Assembly: GCA_963718235.1 (NCBI GenBank)
Contig: CAVQYR010000001.1
Coordinates: 768,001 to 832,000 of the forward strand
From: an uncultured Actinomycetota bacterium
Lineage (GTDB): Bacteria; Actinomycetota; Actinomycetes; JAHEKZ01
DNA: 64,000 bases
Direction: 5' to 3'
The notes under the pieces were generated by a model. The model worked only from the letters and a program-made list of their open reading frames with translations. It had not been told where the DNA came from and did not search any database. This document shows, in pieces, positions 21,846 to 36,891 of this stretch. The translations under genes were made by a program, and so were the position numbers. Within the stretch, counting starts at the first letter, position 1; each line of letters begins with the position of its first letter.

Positions 21846-22820
21846 ATGGCTGACAGCAAGGGTTCGAACAAGGGCAAGGTCACCGTCGTCGGAGCCGGTT
21901 TCTACGGCTCGACCACGGCACAGCGGCTCGCGGAGTACGACATCTTCGAGACCGTCGTGCTCACCGACATCGTCGAGGGCAAGCCCGAGGGCCTGGCGCT
22001 CGATTTGAACCAGTCGCGTCCGGTCGAGGGCTTCGAGACCCGGGTCGTCGGGCAGACCACCGATCCGGCGTCCGGAGCCGGGTACGAGGCGATTGCGGAG
22101 TCGGGCATCGTCGTCATCACCGCTGGGTTGCCACGCAAGCCAGGCATGAGCCGGATGGACCTCATCGAGACCAACGCCCGGATCGTCCGCGGCGTCGCCG
22201 AACAGGTCGCCGTGCACGCGCCGGAGGCGGTGATCGTGGTCGTGTCCAACCCGCTCGACGAGATGACCGCCCTGACCCAGCTGGCCAGCGGCTTCGACAA
22301 GCGCCGGGTGATCGGTCAGGCGGGCATGCTCGACACGGCTCGGTTCACCAACTTCGTGGCCGAGCGGCTCGCGGTGCCGGTCGGCACGGTGCGCACGCTC
22401 ACCCTCGGCTCGCACGGCGACACGATGGTTCCGGTGCCCAGCCGGTGCACCGTGTCCGGCACGCCTCTGGCTGACCTCCTGTCGGCGCAGGAGATCGACG
22501 ACCTCGTCGTCCGCACCCGCAACGGCGGGGCCGAGGTGGTCGCGCTCCTCAAGACCGGCTCGGCGTACTACGCCCCCTCGGCTGCTGCCGCCCGGATGGC
22601 CAAGGCGGTGGCCGAGGACTCCGGGGCCGTCATGCCCGTGTGTGCGTGGGTCGACGGCGAGTACGGGATCGAGGGGGTGTACCTCGGCGTCGAGGCCGAG
22701 ATCGGCGCCGGCGGGGTCCGCCGGGTCGTCGAGGGTGCCCTCACCGACAGCGAGCGGGCCGGCCTGCGCGAGGCGGCTGAGGCCGTAAGGGCCAAGCAGG
22801 CCGACGTGAAGGACCTCTGA
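21846..22820 (+). CDS. mdh: malate dehydrogenase (LDH-like type)
   Basis: [41 protein letters not shown]. Confidence 0.96.
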   Translation: MADSKGSNKGKVTVVGAGFYGSTTAQRLAEYDIFETVVLTDIVEGKPEGLALDLNQSRPVEGFETRVVGQTTDPASGAGYEAIAESGIVVITAGLPRKPGMSRMDLIETNARIVRGVAEQVAVHAPEAVIVVVSNPLDEMTALTQLASGFDKRRVIGQAGMLDTARFTNFVAERLAVPVGTVRTLTLGSHGDTMVPVPSRCTVSGTPLADLLSAQEIDDLVVRTRNGGAEVVALLKTGSAYYAPSAAAARMAKAVAEDSGAVMPVCAWVDGEYGIEGVYLGVEAEIGAGGVRRVVEGALTDSERAGLREAAEAVRAKQADVKDL

Positions 22821-22822
22821 CC

Positions 22823-24052
22823 GTGGCCGAGGGGACCAAGATCAAGGTCGCCAACCCGGTCGTCGAGCTCGACGGCGACGAGATGACCCGGATCATCTGG
22901 CAGTTCATCAAGGACCAGCTGATCCTGCCGTACCTCGACGTCGACCTGGAGTACTACGACCTCGGGATCGAGCACCGTGACGCGACCGACGACCAGGTCA
23001 CGGTCGACGCGGCCGAGGCGATCAAGCGGCACGGCGTCGGGGTCAAGTGCGCAACGATCACCCCTGACGAGGCCCGGGTCGAGGAGTTCGGCCTGAAGAA
23101 GATGTGGCGGTCGCCGAACGGGACGATCCGCAACATCCTCGGTGGGGTGATCTTCCGCGAGCCGATCATCATCAGCAACGTTCCGCGGCTCGTGCCGGGC
23201 TGGACCAAGCCGATCATCATCGGTCGTCACGCCCACGGCGACCAGTACAAGGCCACGGACTTCGTGGTGCCTGGCCCCGGCACCGTGACCATCACCTACA
23301 CGCCCGACGACGAGGGCGAGCCGATCCAGTTCGACATCGCCCGGTTCCCAGGTGGCGGCGTGGCCATGGGCATGTACAACTTCGACGACTCGATCCGTGA
23401 CTTCGCCCGCGCGTCGTTCCGGTACGGGCTGTCGCGTGGGTACCCGGTGTACCTCTCGACGAAGAACACGATCCTCAAGGCGTACGACGGCCGGTTCAAG
23501 GACCTGTTCGCGGAGGTCTTCGCCGCGGAGTTCGCCGCGCAGTTCGAGGAGGCGGGGATCACCTACGAGCACCGGCTCATCGACGACATGGTGGCGTCGG
23601 CGATGAAGTGGGAGGGCGGCTACGTCTGGGCGTGCAAGAACTACGACGGCGACGTCCAGTCCGACACCGTGGCACAGGGCTTCGGGTCGCTCGGCCTGAT
23701 GACCTCGGTGCTGATGACCCCTGACGGCCGCACGGTCGAGGCCGAGGCGGCGCACGGCACCGTCACCCGGCACTACCGGGAGCACCAGCGCGGCCGGCCG
23801 ACGTCGACCAACCCGATCGCCTCGATCTTCGCCTGGACGCGCGGCCTGGAGCACCGGGGCTCGCTGGACGGCACGCCCGAGGTCAGCGCCTTCGCGCGGG
23901 ACCTGGAGGCCGTGTGCGTCGAGACGGTCGAGCACGGGGCGATGACCAAGGACCTCGCCCTCCTGATCGGCCCGGACCAGCCGTGGCTGACGACCCAGGA
24001 GTTCCTCGCCGCGCTCGACGAGAACCTCCGGGCCAAGCGTTCCGTACGCTGA
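22823..24052 (+). CDS. icd: NADP-dependent isocitrate dehydrogenase
   Basis: [45 protein letters not shown]. Confidence 0.98.
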   Translation: MAEGTKIKVANPVVELDGDEMTRIIWQFIKDQLILPYLDVDLEYYDLGIEHRDATDDQVTVDAAEAIKRHGVGVKCATITPDEARVEEFGLKKMWRSPNGTIRNILGGVIFREPIIISNVPRLVPGWTKPIIIGRHAHGDQYKATDFVVPGPGTVTITYTPDDEGEPIQFDIARFPGGGVAMGMYNFDDSIRDFARASFRYGLSRGYPVYLSTKNTILKAYDGRFKDLFAEVFAAEFAAQFEEAGITYEHRLIDDMVASAMKWEGGYVWACKNYDGDVQSDTVAQGFGSLGLMTSVLMTPDGRTVEAEAAHGTVTRHYREHQRGRPTSTNPIASIFAWTRGLEHRGSLDGTPEVSAFARDLEAVCVETVEHGAMTKDLALLIGPDQPWLTTQEFLAALDENLRAKRSVR

Positions 24053-24056
24053 CCCC

Positions 24057-26373
<2,317 letters not shown>

Positions 26374-26380
26374 CCGGCAG

Positions 26381-27484
26381 CTAGCGACGACGCGCGGCGC
26401 GCAGCCGGAAAGCGCCGAGGGCGAGGACAGCGGCCACGGCGGCGAGCGAGACGACGGCCCAGAGGCTGCTCGGCCCGTTCGCTGCTGCGTCGTCGGCCGC
26501 CCCGGTGGGGACCGAGGTGGTCAGAGGCGCGGTTGCGGTCTGCTTCAGCTCCCCGCGCGCGACCGGGTTGACCAGCTCTCCTACGGGCTGGATCCGGTCA
26601 CGGTGCGCGAATCCCCAGTCGAGCAGCCGCTGCGCAGCGGTCTCGCTCGACTCGACGATGCCCATCAGGGAGACGACGAGCAGGTGGCCGTCACGCTCGG
26701 CCGCACCGACGAAGGTGCGTCCGGCCAGGGTGGTGTAGCCGGTCTTCACGCCCACCGCCCCTCGGTAGCCGTCGTACAGCAGCGGGTTCTGGTTGTAGAT
26801 CTGGTAGGTGGGCCGCTTCTTGCCCTCATGCTTGGGCATCTGCCCCGGGAAGGCGGTGGTGACGGTTCCGACGTACCGGCGGAAGTCCGCACGCACGAGA
26901 CCGGCCCTGGCGAAGAGGGCGAGGTCGTAGGCCGAGGTGTACTGCCCGTCCGCATCGAGCCCGCTGGGGTTGCGGACCACGGTGTCGAGGGCCTGCAGCT
27001 TCTCGGCGTGGGCCTGCATCAGACCGACGGTGTACCGCATGCCTCCAGCGGCCGAGGCCAGGGCGTGCGCGGCGTCGTTCCCGCTCGGCAGCATGAGCCC
27101 GTAGAACAGCTGGTCGACGGTGTAGGTGGCACCGGGCACGATGCCCACCGCGCTGCCCTCTACGGCGGCGTCCTCCCACTGGACCTCGTACACCTCACGC
27201 TTGTCCAGGCGCGGCAGCAGCGTGATCGCGGTCAGCGTCTTGAGCGTGCTGGCCGGGCGCTGCTGCAGATGCGCGTTCCTGGCGGCCAGCACCTCTCCGG
27301 TGGTGGCATCGGCGAGGACCCACGACCGCGCGTAGATCTGCGGTGGCTCGGCGCCGCTGGCGACCACACCCTGATGGGCCAGGGCCGGCCCACCGACCGG
27401 CGAGGGCTGGTCGGCGCGCGCCGCGCCGGCCGTGGCGAGCACCACCACCGGAGCGAGGAGGAGCAGGGCGAGTGAACGGCGCAT
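26381..27484 (-). CDS. D-alanyl-D-alanine carboxypeptidase (peptidase S11)
   Basis: Signal peptide, STLK, SGN, KTG, C-terminal transmembrane helix. Confidence 0.93.
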   Translation of the reverse strand: MRRSLALLLLAPVVVLATAGAARADQPSPVGGPALAHQGVVASGAEPPQIYARSWVLADATTGEVLAARNAHLQQRPASTLKTLTAITLLPRLDKREVYEVQWEDAAVEGSAVGIVPGATYTVDQLFYGLMLPSGNDAAHALASAAGGMRYTVGLMQAHAEKLQALDTVVRNPSGLDADGQYTSAYDLALFARAGLVRADFRRYVGTVTTAFPGQMPKHEGKKRPTYQIYNQNPLLYDGYRGAVGVKTGYTTLAGRTFVGAAERDGHLLVVSLMGIVESSETAAQRLLDWGFAHRDRIQPVGELVNPVARGELKQTATAPLTTSVPTGAADDAAANGPSSLWAVVSLAAVAAVLALGAFRLRAARRR

Positions 27485-27518
27485 GTCGCCGGACAGGATA
27501 CCCAGACTGCGGCTGGGC

Positions 27519-28279
27519 TCAGACCCGTCGGGAGATCAGGGCTCGCTTGACCTCTCGGATGGCCTTGGTGACCTCGATCCCCCGGGGGCAGGCCTCCGTG
27601 CAGTTGAAGGTCGTGCGGCAGCGCCACACCCCCTCCTTGTCGTTGAGCAGCTCGAGCCGCTCGGTCGAGCCCTCGTCGCGGGTGTCGAAGATGAACCGGT
27701 GGGCGTTGACGATGGCCGCGGGGCCGAAGTACTGCTCATCGGTCCAGAAGACCGGGCAGGAGGTCGTGCAGGCCGCGCACAGGATGCACTTGGTGGTGTC
27801 GTCGAACCGGTCACGGTCCTTCTGGCTCTGCCGCCGCTCCCGGGTGGGCTCCTGGCCGCGGGTGATGAGGAACGGCTTCACCTCACGGTAGGCGGCGAAG
27901 AACGGCTCCATGTCGACGACGAGGTCCTTCTCCAGGGGGAGACCCTTGATCGCCTCGACGGTGATCGCGTCGTCGGTGGCGAGGTCCTTGATCAGCGTCT
28001 TGCAGGCCAGGCGGTTGACCCCGTTGATCCGCATCGCGTCCGACCCGCAGATCCCGTGGGCGCACGAGCGGCGGTAGGTCAAGGTGCCGTCCTGCTCCCA
28101 CTTGATCCGGTTCAGGGCGTCGAGGATGCGCTCGGTGGGCAGCACCTGGACGGGGAAGTCCTCCCAGTACGGCTCGCTGCCCTTGCTCTCGGGCAGGTAG
28201 CGACGGATCCGCAGCGTCACCGTCAGTCGACCGGGGGCGGGTGCTGCTGGGACCTCGAGCGGGTCGGCGGTGGCGGTCA

Positions 28280-28280
<1 letters not shown>
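27519..28280 (-). CDS. sdhB: succinate dehydrogenase iron-sulfur subunit
   Basis: SCAHGICGSD, CILCAACTTSCP, CRTTFNCTEACP. Confidence 0.97.
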
Positions 28281-30025
<1,745 letters not shown>

Positions 30026-30033
30026 GCTGCCTC

Positions 30034-30456
30034 TCAGCCCAGGTTCGGGTCGAACGTGAAGATCACCAGGGTCCCGGTGAACAGGATCAGCACGGCCGAG
30101 GCGTACAGGGCTGCCTTGAGCCAGAAGCGGGTGGTGTCGCGCTCGGCGTAGTCGTTGATGATCGTGCGCAGCCCGTTGGTGCCGTGCAGCTCGGCCAGCC
30201 ACAGCATCAGGAGGTCCCACACCTGCCAGAAGGGGGACGACCAGCGCCCGGCCACGAAGGCGAAGTTGATCCGCTGAACGCCGCCGTCGAGCACGTTCAT
30301 GATGAACAGGTGGCCCAGCACCAAGATGATGAGCACGAGCCCCGACACCCGCATGAACAGCCACGAGTACAGCTCGTAGTTGGTGCGCGAGGCGGTGCGA
30401 GCGGCCCGACCGCTGCGCGGGGCGTCGAGGCGGTAGCCCTCGGGCGGGGCGGTCAT
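30034..30456 (-). CDS. sdhD: succinate dehydrogenase membrane anchor
   Basis: WLFMRVSG, H..NGLRTIINDY, three transmembrane helices. Confidence 0.93.
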   Translation of the reverse strand: MTAPPEGYRLDAPRSGRAARTASRTNYELYSWLFMRVSGLVLIILVLGHLFIMNVLDGGVQRINFAFVAGRWSSPFWQVWDLLMLWLAELHGTNGLRTIINDYAERDTTRFWLKAALYASAVLILFTGTLVIFTFDPNLG

Positions 30457-30848
30457 GATGTGCTCCCGAAGATCGCCATGACCGTGTGCTGAAGCATGAA
30501 GAACGTCGCCGGCACCATCAGGAGCAGCCAGACGGCCACGATCGCCCACAGCATCTGTCGCTGGTACCGCGGGCCCTGGGACCAGAAGTCGATCGCCGTG
30601 ACGCGCAGCCCGTTCAGCGCGTGGTAGAGGACGGCGCCGACGAGTCCGACCTCCATCAGGTTGACCACGGGGTTCTTGTAGGTGGCGATCACAGCGTCGT
30701 AGGCGTCAGGGGACACCCGGACCAGCGCCGTGTCGAGGACGTGGGCGAACAGGAAGAAGAAGGTCAGGGCCCCCGTGATCCGCTGCGCCACCCACGACCA
30801 CATGCCTTCGCGGCCGCGGTAGAGCGTGCCTGCTGGGGCGGTGGGCAC
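30453..30848 (-). CDS. sdhC: succinate dehydrogenase cytochrome b556 subunit
   Basis: TLYRGREGMWSW, HVLDTA, HALNGLR. Confidence 0.93.
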   Translation of the reverse strand: MPTAPAGTLYRGREGMWSWVAQRITGALTFFFLFAHVLDTALVRVSPDAYDAVIATYKNPVVNLMEVGLVGAVLYHALNGLRVTAIDFWSQGPRYQRQMLWAIVAVWLLLMVPATFFMLQHTVMAIFGSTS

Positions 30849-31034
30849 CTGGAAGCCTCCGATTCGCTGCCGGCGGCCGTGTCCGCGCAGGTCACGACCG
30901 GTGTGCGAGCGGTTCCTCTCGCCTCCCCGATGATATCGGCGGGCGGTCGCTGGCCGCCTCCCGGCCCGCCGGACTTCCCGTTTGCCCGGCGGGCGCTCGC
31001 TTCGCGGGCTACCGTTCGGCCGAGGGGGGATCTG

Positions 31035-32171
31035 GTGACCACGATTCGTCGGGCTGCTGTGACGCCTTGGGCGGACAGGGCCAGGCTGCTGCCGTTCTTC
31101 GTGCGGCTCGCGATCAAGGAGCGTTTCGCCCCAGGGCTGTCCGTACGCCCGCTCGTCGCTGAGCTGTTCCTGACTGACAACTGCAACCTCAAGTGCGTCA
31201 GCTGCGCCTGCTGGCGCACGGTCACGCGAAGCGAGCTGTCGGGTGACGAGTGGCGTGGGGTCATCGAGCAGCTGGGCGCCGCGGGGATCATCAAGGCCAA
31301 CTTCACCGGCGGGGAGCCGCTGCTTCGCCGCGACGCACCGGAGCTGATGGCACACGCGTACGAGCACGGCATCCGCAGCCTGCACCTCAACAGCAACGGT
31401 ATTCTGCTCGACGACCGGCGTCGCACCGCCGTTCTCGAGGCGGGGGTGCGCAGCTTCAACATCTCCGTCGATGGCCCGACTGCCGAGATGCACGACGCTA
31501 TCCGGGGGGTGGACGGTTCGTTCGAGCGGACGGTCACGCATCTCCGCGAGCTCTTGGCGCACCGCACACGACTGGACCTGCGCGTGCGCATGAACTTCAC
31601 GGTCATGCGGTCCAACGTTGCTGAGCTTCCTGACATCATGCGACTGGCACAGCGGCTTCGGGTTCAGCTGTACCTCAATCTGGCCACGGACCACACGTTC
31701 CTCTTCCGTGACGGGCAGGTCGCGCTCGAGACGCGGGTCGGCCAGGACCAGCTGGACGACGTCATGAAGTCGGTGGAACAGCTGCTGCGACGTGACAGGG
31801 AGTTTGTTCCCCGCTACTCCGAGCTGCAGTACATGCGAAGGCACTTCGAGAACGTCCTTCAGGCGCGCCTCCCCTGCGCGGAGTCCCAGCTGAAGCTGAT
31901 GGTGCACTCGACCGGGGAGGTCGGCGGTTGCTGGGGGCATGGCGCCGCGGACAACGTTCGTGAGGTGCCGATCAGCGAGATCCTCTCGTCGGACCGCTAT
32001 CGAGACGAGCACACGAGGTTCTTCCGCAAGGAGTGCGTCGGCTGCGGCAGCAACTACGCGTTGAACTTGGCGTGGCGACCCGGCACATATGTCGAGGACG
32101 CCCTGTGGCGGATGCATCGACGGACCCTCGAGCGCTCGGAGACCGCCAGCGAAGAACGCGCGGTCGCCTGA
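31035..32171 (+). CDS. radical SAM enzyme with C-terminal twitch/SPASM-type Cys domain
   Basis: CNLKCVSC, FTGGEP, SNG, ISVDG..HDAIRG; C-terminal LPC..GEVGGCW..CVGC. GAGGGG RBS before GTG. Confidence 0.9.
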   Translation: MTTIRRAAVTPWADRARLLPFFVRLAIKERFAPGLSVRPLVAELFLTDNCNLKCVSCACWRTVTRSELSGDEWRGVIEQLGAAGIIKANFTGGEPLLRRDAPELMAHAYEHGIRSLHLNSNGILLDDRRRTAVLEAGVRSFNISVDGPTAEMHDAIRGVDGSFERTVTHLRELLAHRTRLDLRVRMNFTVMRSNVAELPDIMRLAQRLRVQLYLNLATDHTFLFRDGQVALETRVGQDQLDDVMKSVEQLLRRDREFVPRYSELQYMRRHFENVLQARLPCAESQLKLMVHSTGEVGGCWGHGAADNVREVPISEILSSDRYRDEHTRFFRKECVGCGSNYALNLAWRPGTYVEDALWRMHRRTLERSETASEERAVA

Positions 32172-32958
32172 TGCGGGGCAGCGAGGCCTTGTACGACTCC
32201 CTCGCATCGACTTACGACGACCACTTCACCGTTCCTCATCGACGGCGCGTACGACGATCTGGCGTGGGAGATGTGCAGCTCGGCTCTCCCCTCCCCGCCT
32301 GCAACGGTCGTCGACGTGGGGTGCGGTGTAGGTCGCTGGGCGCAACGCCTGCTGGCGGGCGGCTACCAGGTGGTCGGCATCGAACCGGCACCGAAGATGG
32401 CCGCGCAGGCGCAGGCCCGGTTGACGCAGCGATATCACTCGGAGTTCACCTTGATTAGGGGGCGAGTGGAAGACGTGGTCATCCCCCCTGCGTCGGTCGA
32501 CGCGATCCTGGCGATGGGGTCGTTGCAGTACGCCGAGGATCCTGCGGGCGCCATCCGGCGGGCTGCCGGATGGCTGTGTCCTGGGGGCGTGATGTGCGTC
32601 CTCGTCGACTCGATGCAGGCCCTCGTCGTGGAGCTGCTCGCCGCGGGGCAGACGGACGAGGCGTTCGAGCGGATGCGTACGAGACGCGGTGTGTGGCGCG
32701 TTCAGGGCCTGGAGGCCGACCTTCATCTGCTGGACGCAGCGGCGCTAGACTTCCGCGGTCGAGGCGTCAGACATGAACGTCGTTCGGATCGCTGGGCTGC
32801 TCGTCGGCGCCAGTGTGTACGGGCGAGAGGGGCTCAACGGTCGGTTGACCTCCGACTACGACACGGCGCTGGCCCAGGAGCGCGCGCTCGCACTCCAGCC
32901 GGAGCTGGCCGACCTGGGAAAGCAGCTGCTCGTCATCGGACGGTCTCCATCGCCGTGA
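32171..32958 (+). pseudogene. class I SAM methyltransferase with two +1 frameshifts (~32246, ~32750)
   Basis: MRGSEALYD..A.TYD / AYDDLAWEM..VVDVGCGVGRW..GIEP..LCPGG / SAVEASDMNVV..GKQLLVIG read as one protein across three frames. Confidence 0.75.
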
Positions 32959-35009
32959 CAACGCGCCAGAACACGTTCTCGGCATCGCTGGCGCTCAGCT
33001 CTGAGGACATCGGCAGGGCCAGGGTCTCGCGGGCCAGCTGGTCGGTGACGGGCAGCGATGAGGCAGCTTCGGCCACCCCCTGCCAGGGATGCAGGTGGAG
33101 TGCCGGGCTGTAGTAGGGCTTGGTGAGCACCCCGAGGCCCTCGAGCTCCTTGACGAACAGGTCTCGGTCGACGTCGGCGAAGCGAGCCACCCAGTGCACC
33201 CAGCTGTGCCCGTCGCCGGGTGCCACGCGCTGCGGGACCACGCTGGGTGTCAGAGCCTCAAGCTCGTTGTACGCGCGGGCCACCTTCTCCCGGTCGTGCA
33301 CCAGCTGGGGCAGTCGCAGGACGAGCTCGAGTGCAGTGGCGGCATGGACCTCGCCCATCATGGCTGAGCGTGTCCAGTCGATCGGCTCCCGCAGCCGATC
33401 GACCGCGCTGAGGGGGACGACGGCAACGCCGCCGCCCCCGGCTGCCGACACGGTCTTGGCGAAGCTCATCGAGAAGGCGTGGGCGTCGGCCTGAGTCCCT
33501 ACCGGAGCTCCTTGGGTGGTGCTCCCGAGGGACGGGGCGGAGTCGCCCACGAGTGGCACTCCGAAGCGACGACAGACGGTGTTGAGCGCCTGGTAGTCCG
33601 CGGGTGCACCGAGGGCGTCAACCGCGACGGCCACGCGCACGTCGCCTGGCTCGAGGGCTCTCTCGAGCTGCTCCGGGTCGAGGGTCCAGGTGCCGGGGTC
33701 GACGTCGCAGAAGCGCAGGCGGTACCCCAGCTGGGCCAGCGCCTCGCCGGTGGCGATGAAAGTGAAGGACGGAAGCACCGCAACGTCGCCCGGCCTGGCG
33801 AGTCCGGCGATCGCGAGAACAGCCAGGCGCAGTGCCGCTGACCCAGAAGACGTCAGAAGCACCGAATGGCCGTCCCCGACCGCCAGCGCCCGTCGCAGGG
33901 CTCTCCTCCAGCTCGGTCGTACGTGGGCCGCCGTTCTTGAGCTCCCCGGCCCAGAGCGCGGCCTGGATGTGCTCTCCGACGACGTCCGGGCGGTGGGGCC
34001 GAGGCGGGATCACGACAGGAACGCTGGGCTGCAGCTGCAGCAGTGGCTCGTCCCTGATCCGGCGGACGAACGACCGCAGGCTCTCCTCGCAGCCGTCACC
34101 ACCGACCGCCTCCAGACGACACTGGAAGGCCGTCGTGTCGACCACTCCGGTGCTGTCCAGTGCCGGAGCCGGGCGCACGGCCACGGCTCGGTCGATCCCG
34201 AGCTCGTCCAGGATCAGAGTGGCGAGCTCGCGAAGCCCCAGGAACCCGCTGCCGGCATTGACCACACCAGGTGCTCCGCCGCGGGCGATGGCATCGGCGA
34301 GGTCCTCCACGGCCAGGAAGGTGCGGGGGTTGTCGGTGACGGTGAGCGGGAGACCCGCGATCGCCCGCCTGACGAGCCGCGCGACGACCCGGTCCTGACC
34401 GACACCGAAGAGATTGGCGACGCGGTAGATCGTGAGCCGCTCGGCGGGCACCACCGATGCGATCATCAGCTCCTGGGCCCGCTTCGACAGGGCGTACACC
34501 CATCTCCCCGTGGAATCGGCCTCGGAGAGCTCCCGGCACAGTGCCGCAGCGCGCCATGGCGTGGTAGGGGTGTTCGCGACGGCAATCGCTCGACGGCACC
34601 AGTGCCAGATGGCCTCGTCGTCCAGGGGAAGGATCGGCCGGCTCGCCTCGTCGATGGGGGCGGCAGCCGTGCCGTAGATCTCGATGGAGGACGTCACCGT
34701 CACGTCTCGCCCCTCGAGCTCGGGCAGGAGGCGGGCGGTGGCGAAGGCGTTGTCGAGAACGAGCTCCCAGGGACGGATGGCACGCGGGTTGCTGTTGCCC
34801 GCCAACAGAGCGATCTCCCCAGACGGCAGCGAGATCTCGTCGGTGAGCAGATCGAGGCGCAGCGGTGTCACTCCCGGACGTGGCATGGACACGTCGATCC
34901 TTCGATCGACCGCAATGACCGGTCGGTCCAGCGCCAGGCATCGATCGACGACCGCAGACCCGAGGAACCCCGATGATCCGACGACCAGCAACGCGGATGG
35001 ATCGACCAC
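32933..35009 (-). pseudogene. NAD-dependent epimerase/dehydratase fused to a DegT/DnrJ sugar aminotransferase, one +1 frameshift at ~33903
   Basis: GSSGFLG, SS.E.YG, YALSK; DegT N-terminus NGGPRTTELE continues in another frame as RALRRAL..TSSGSAAL, PSFTF.AT, DVD..TW.LD, DSA, FSMSFAK (PLP Lys), LALPM. Confidence 0.8.
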
Positions 35010-35164
35010 TCTTGCCCCCCAGCTGTGCGATTCCCCTCTCTCTTAGCACCTCGTGACGTCCGATACGCCGCGAACGACGATTGAGCCGCCGAACGGCTGC
35101 CGGTTCGGTGTCGGGGTGCCGGTTTCCTCGTCGTCACCGCAGTGTCCGCTGTTAGCCTGCGGCC

Positions 35165-35629
35165 GTGCCGGCTGTGACGCGAAGGCTCCTCTTGGTCTCG
35201 AGCAGTGGCGGGGTGCTGCTCGACCTCCTGGCCCTGCGCCCCTGGTGGGAGCAGCACGAGGTCCGGTGGGTCTGTGTGCCTGCACCGGACACCCTCGAGG
35301 TGCTCAGCGACGCGCAGGTCGCGTGGGTCGACGAGCTGTTCCCCAGTCGGCCCCTCGAGGTGCTGCGGGGCGTGCGTCGAGCTCGAGATGAGCTCCGACG
35401 CTGGGACATCGACCTCGTGGTCTCCGCCGGAAGCGGCGTCGCCGTCCCTTACTTCCTCGCGGCTCGCCTTGGCCGGGTCCCGGCCTGGTGGCTGGAGACG
35501 CTGAACATCACCGGCCGGCCCGGGCTCGCTGCTCGACTGTGCGCCAGGCTGGCGCAACGCGTCCTGGTGCAGCGCAGCGAGCTGCTCGCCGACCACAGAC
35601 GGGCTGTCAACGTCGGTGAGCTGTATTGA
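35165..35629 (+). CDS. Alg14/PssD/Cps14F-like glycosyltransferase subunit
   Basis: LLVSSSGG.L..L, VVSAGSGVAVP, W.ET, VLVQ, G.LY. TAGCCT 6 nt before GTG. Confidence 0.85.
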   Translation: MPAVTRRLLLVSSSGGVLLDLLALRPWWEQHEVRWVCVPAPDTLEVLSDAQVAWVDELFPSRPLEVLRGVRRARDELRRWDIDLVVSAGSGVAVPYFLAARLGRVPAWWLETLNITGRPGLAARLCARLAQRVLVQRSELLADHRRAVNVGELY

Positions 35630-36891
35630 GCGGGGTGACCCAGCGGCTGACCGTCTTCGTCACTGTGGGGATGGGGCCCTGGCCGTTCGACCGGCTGGTT
35701 GCGGCTCTCGCGCCGCTGTGCAGGAGGCACGACGTCTTCGCGCAGACCGGCACCTCCGCTGTCACGCCGCCGTGCCCGCATCAGGCGTTCATCGGGTTCG
35801 ACGAGTGCCAGCGCCGGATCGCCGAGGCGGACGTGATCATCACGCACGGGGGGAACACGGTCCGGCTCGTCCAGCGGGTCGGGAAGATCCCGATCGCCGT
35901 CGCGCGCGAGGCAGCCCGGGGCGAGATGCGCAACGACCATCAGGTCGACTACCTGCGAGCAGAGTCGGCCGACGGGCGCGCGGTGGTACTGAGCGGTGAC
36001 CTTTCCGACCTCGTTGCTGCAGTCGACCGTCACGTCGCTGCCGAGGAGCAGCTGGTGGCGGTCACGGAGCCCTTGCGGCCCGTGGACACCCACCTCGTGC
36101 GGCAGATCTTGGATCAGGTCGCGGACCGGGAGGACGCTCCGCCGCACCCTCTGACGACACATCCCACCCGTCGATACGGCTGGGCGTTCGACCAGCTTCG
36201 GCAGCGCGAAGGGCGCCACCTCGACCTGGGTGTCGGAGACGCCACGTTCCTTCGTGCGCTGCACGGACGGACGTCGCTGCAGGTCGTCGGAGCCGACCCG
36301 CACGCGGGCTACCTTCGAGACGCTCTGGGGCAGGCTGCCGACCTGTCCCTGGTGCAGGTCAGCAACCGACTGCCGTTCGGATCGGGCAGCTTCGACTCAC
36401 TGACGATGCTGGATGTCCTGGAGCACACCGAGGACGAGGACGTGACCCTCGCGGAGGTGCACCGAGTGCTGCGCCCGGGGGGCCTGCTCGTCCTCACGGT
36501 GCCGGCCCGCCACATCTTCTCCTTCCTGGACCCCGACAACGCCAAGTTCCGGTTCCCCACGCTGCACCGGCTCGTCTACACGTCTCGGTTCGGGTCGTCG
36601 CGGTACGCGGAGCGGTTCGCCGACGGATCGGACGGACTGCGTGGCGACATGGCGTGGAGCCGCCGGGAGCACACGAACTACGCGACCGCGGCACTCCTGG
36701 AGAGACTGCAGCGTCACGGCTTCGTCCCGAGGGAGCGTGACGGCGCCAACCTGTTCTGGCGTTTCCTGCAGGTGCCGGCGCTGCTCGCCCCCGACCGGCT
36801 ACGGCACGCGCTCGACGTGCCGCTGCGTGCCGACGGCACGGCGTTTCACAGCGCCAACCTGTTCGTGACCGCCGTCCGTGACACCTCCTGA
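35626..36891 (+). CDS. Alg13/PssE/Cps14G-like glycosyltransferase fused to a class I SAM methyltransferase
   Basis: VFVTVG..FDRL, QTG, IITHGG, GE..NDHQ; then LDLGVGDA, GAD, LPF..SFD, DVLEH, RVLRPGG. Confidence 0.85.
   Translation: MSGVTQRLTVFVTVGMGPWPFDRLVAALAPLCRRHDVFAQTGTSAVTPPCPHQAFIGFDECQRRIAEADVIITHGGNTVRLVQRVGKIPIAVAREAARGEMRNDHQVDYLRAESADGRAVVLSGDLSDLVAAVDRHVAAEEQLVAVTEPLRPVDTHLVRQILDQVADREDAPPHPLTTHPTRRYGWAFDQLRQREGRHLDLGVGDATFLRALHGRTSLQVVGADPHAGYLRDALGQAADLSLVQVSNRLPFGSGSFDSLTMLDVLEHTEDEDVTLAEVHRVLRPGGLLVLTVPARHIFSFLDPDNAKFRFPTLHRLVYTSRFGSSRYAERFADGSDGLRGDMAWSRREHTNYATAALLERLQRHGFVPRERDGANLFWRFLQVPALLAPDRLRHALDVPLRADGTAFHSANLFVTAVRDTS

Noticed and set aside
35010-35164. Short ORFs in the cassette's divergent gap as a RiPP precursor for the radical SAM enzyme
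   Set aside because: No ORF with a convincing start and stop confined to the gap, no PqqD/RRE, protease or exporter, and the neighbours point to sugar chemistry.
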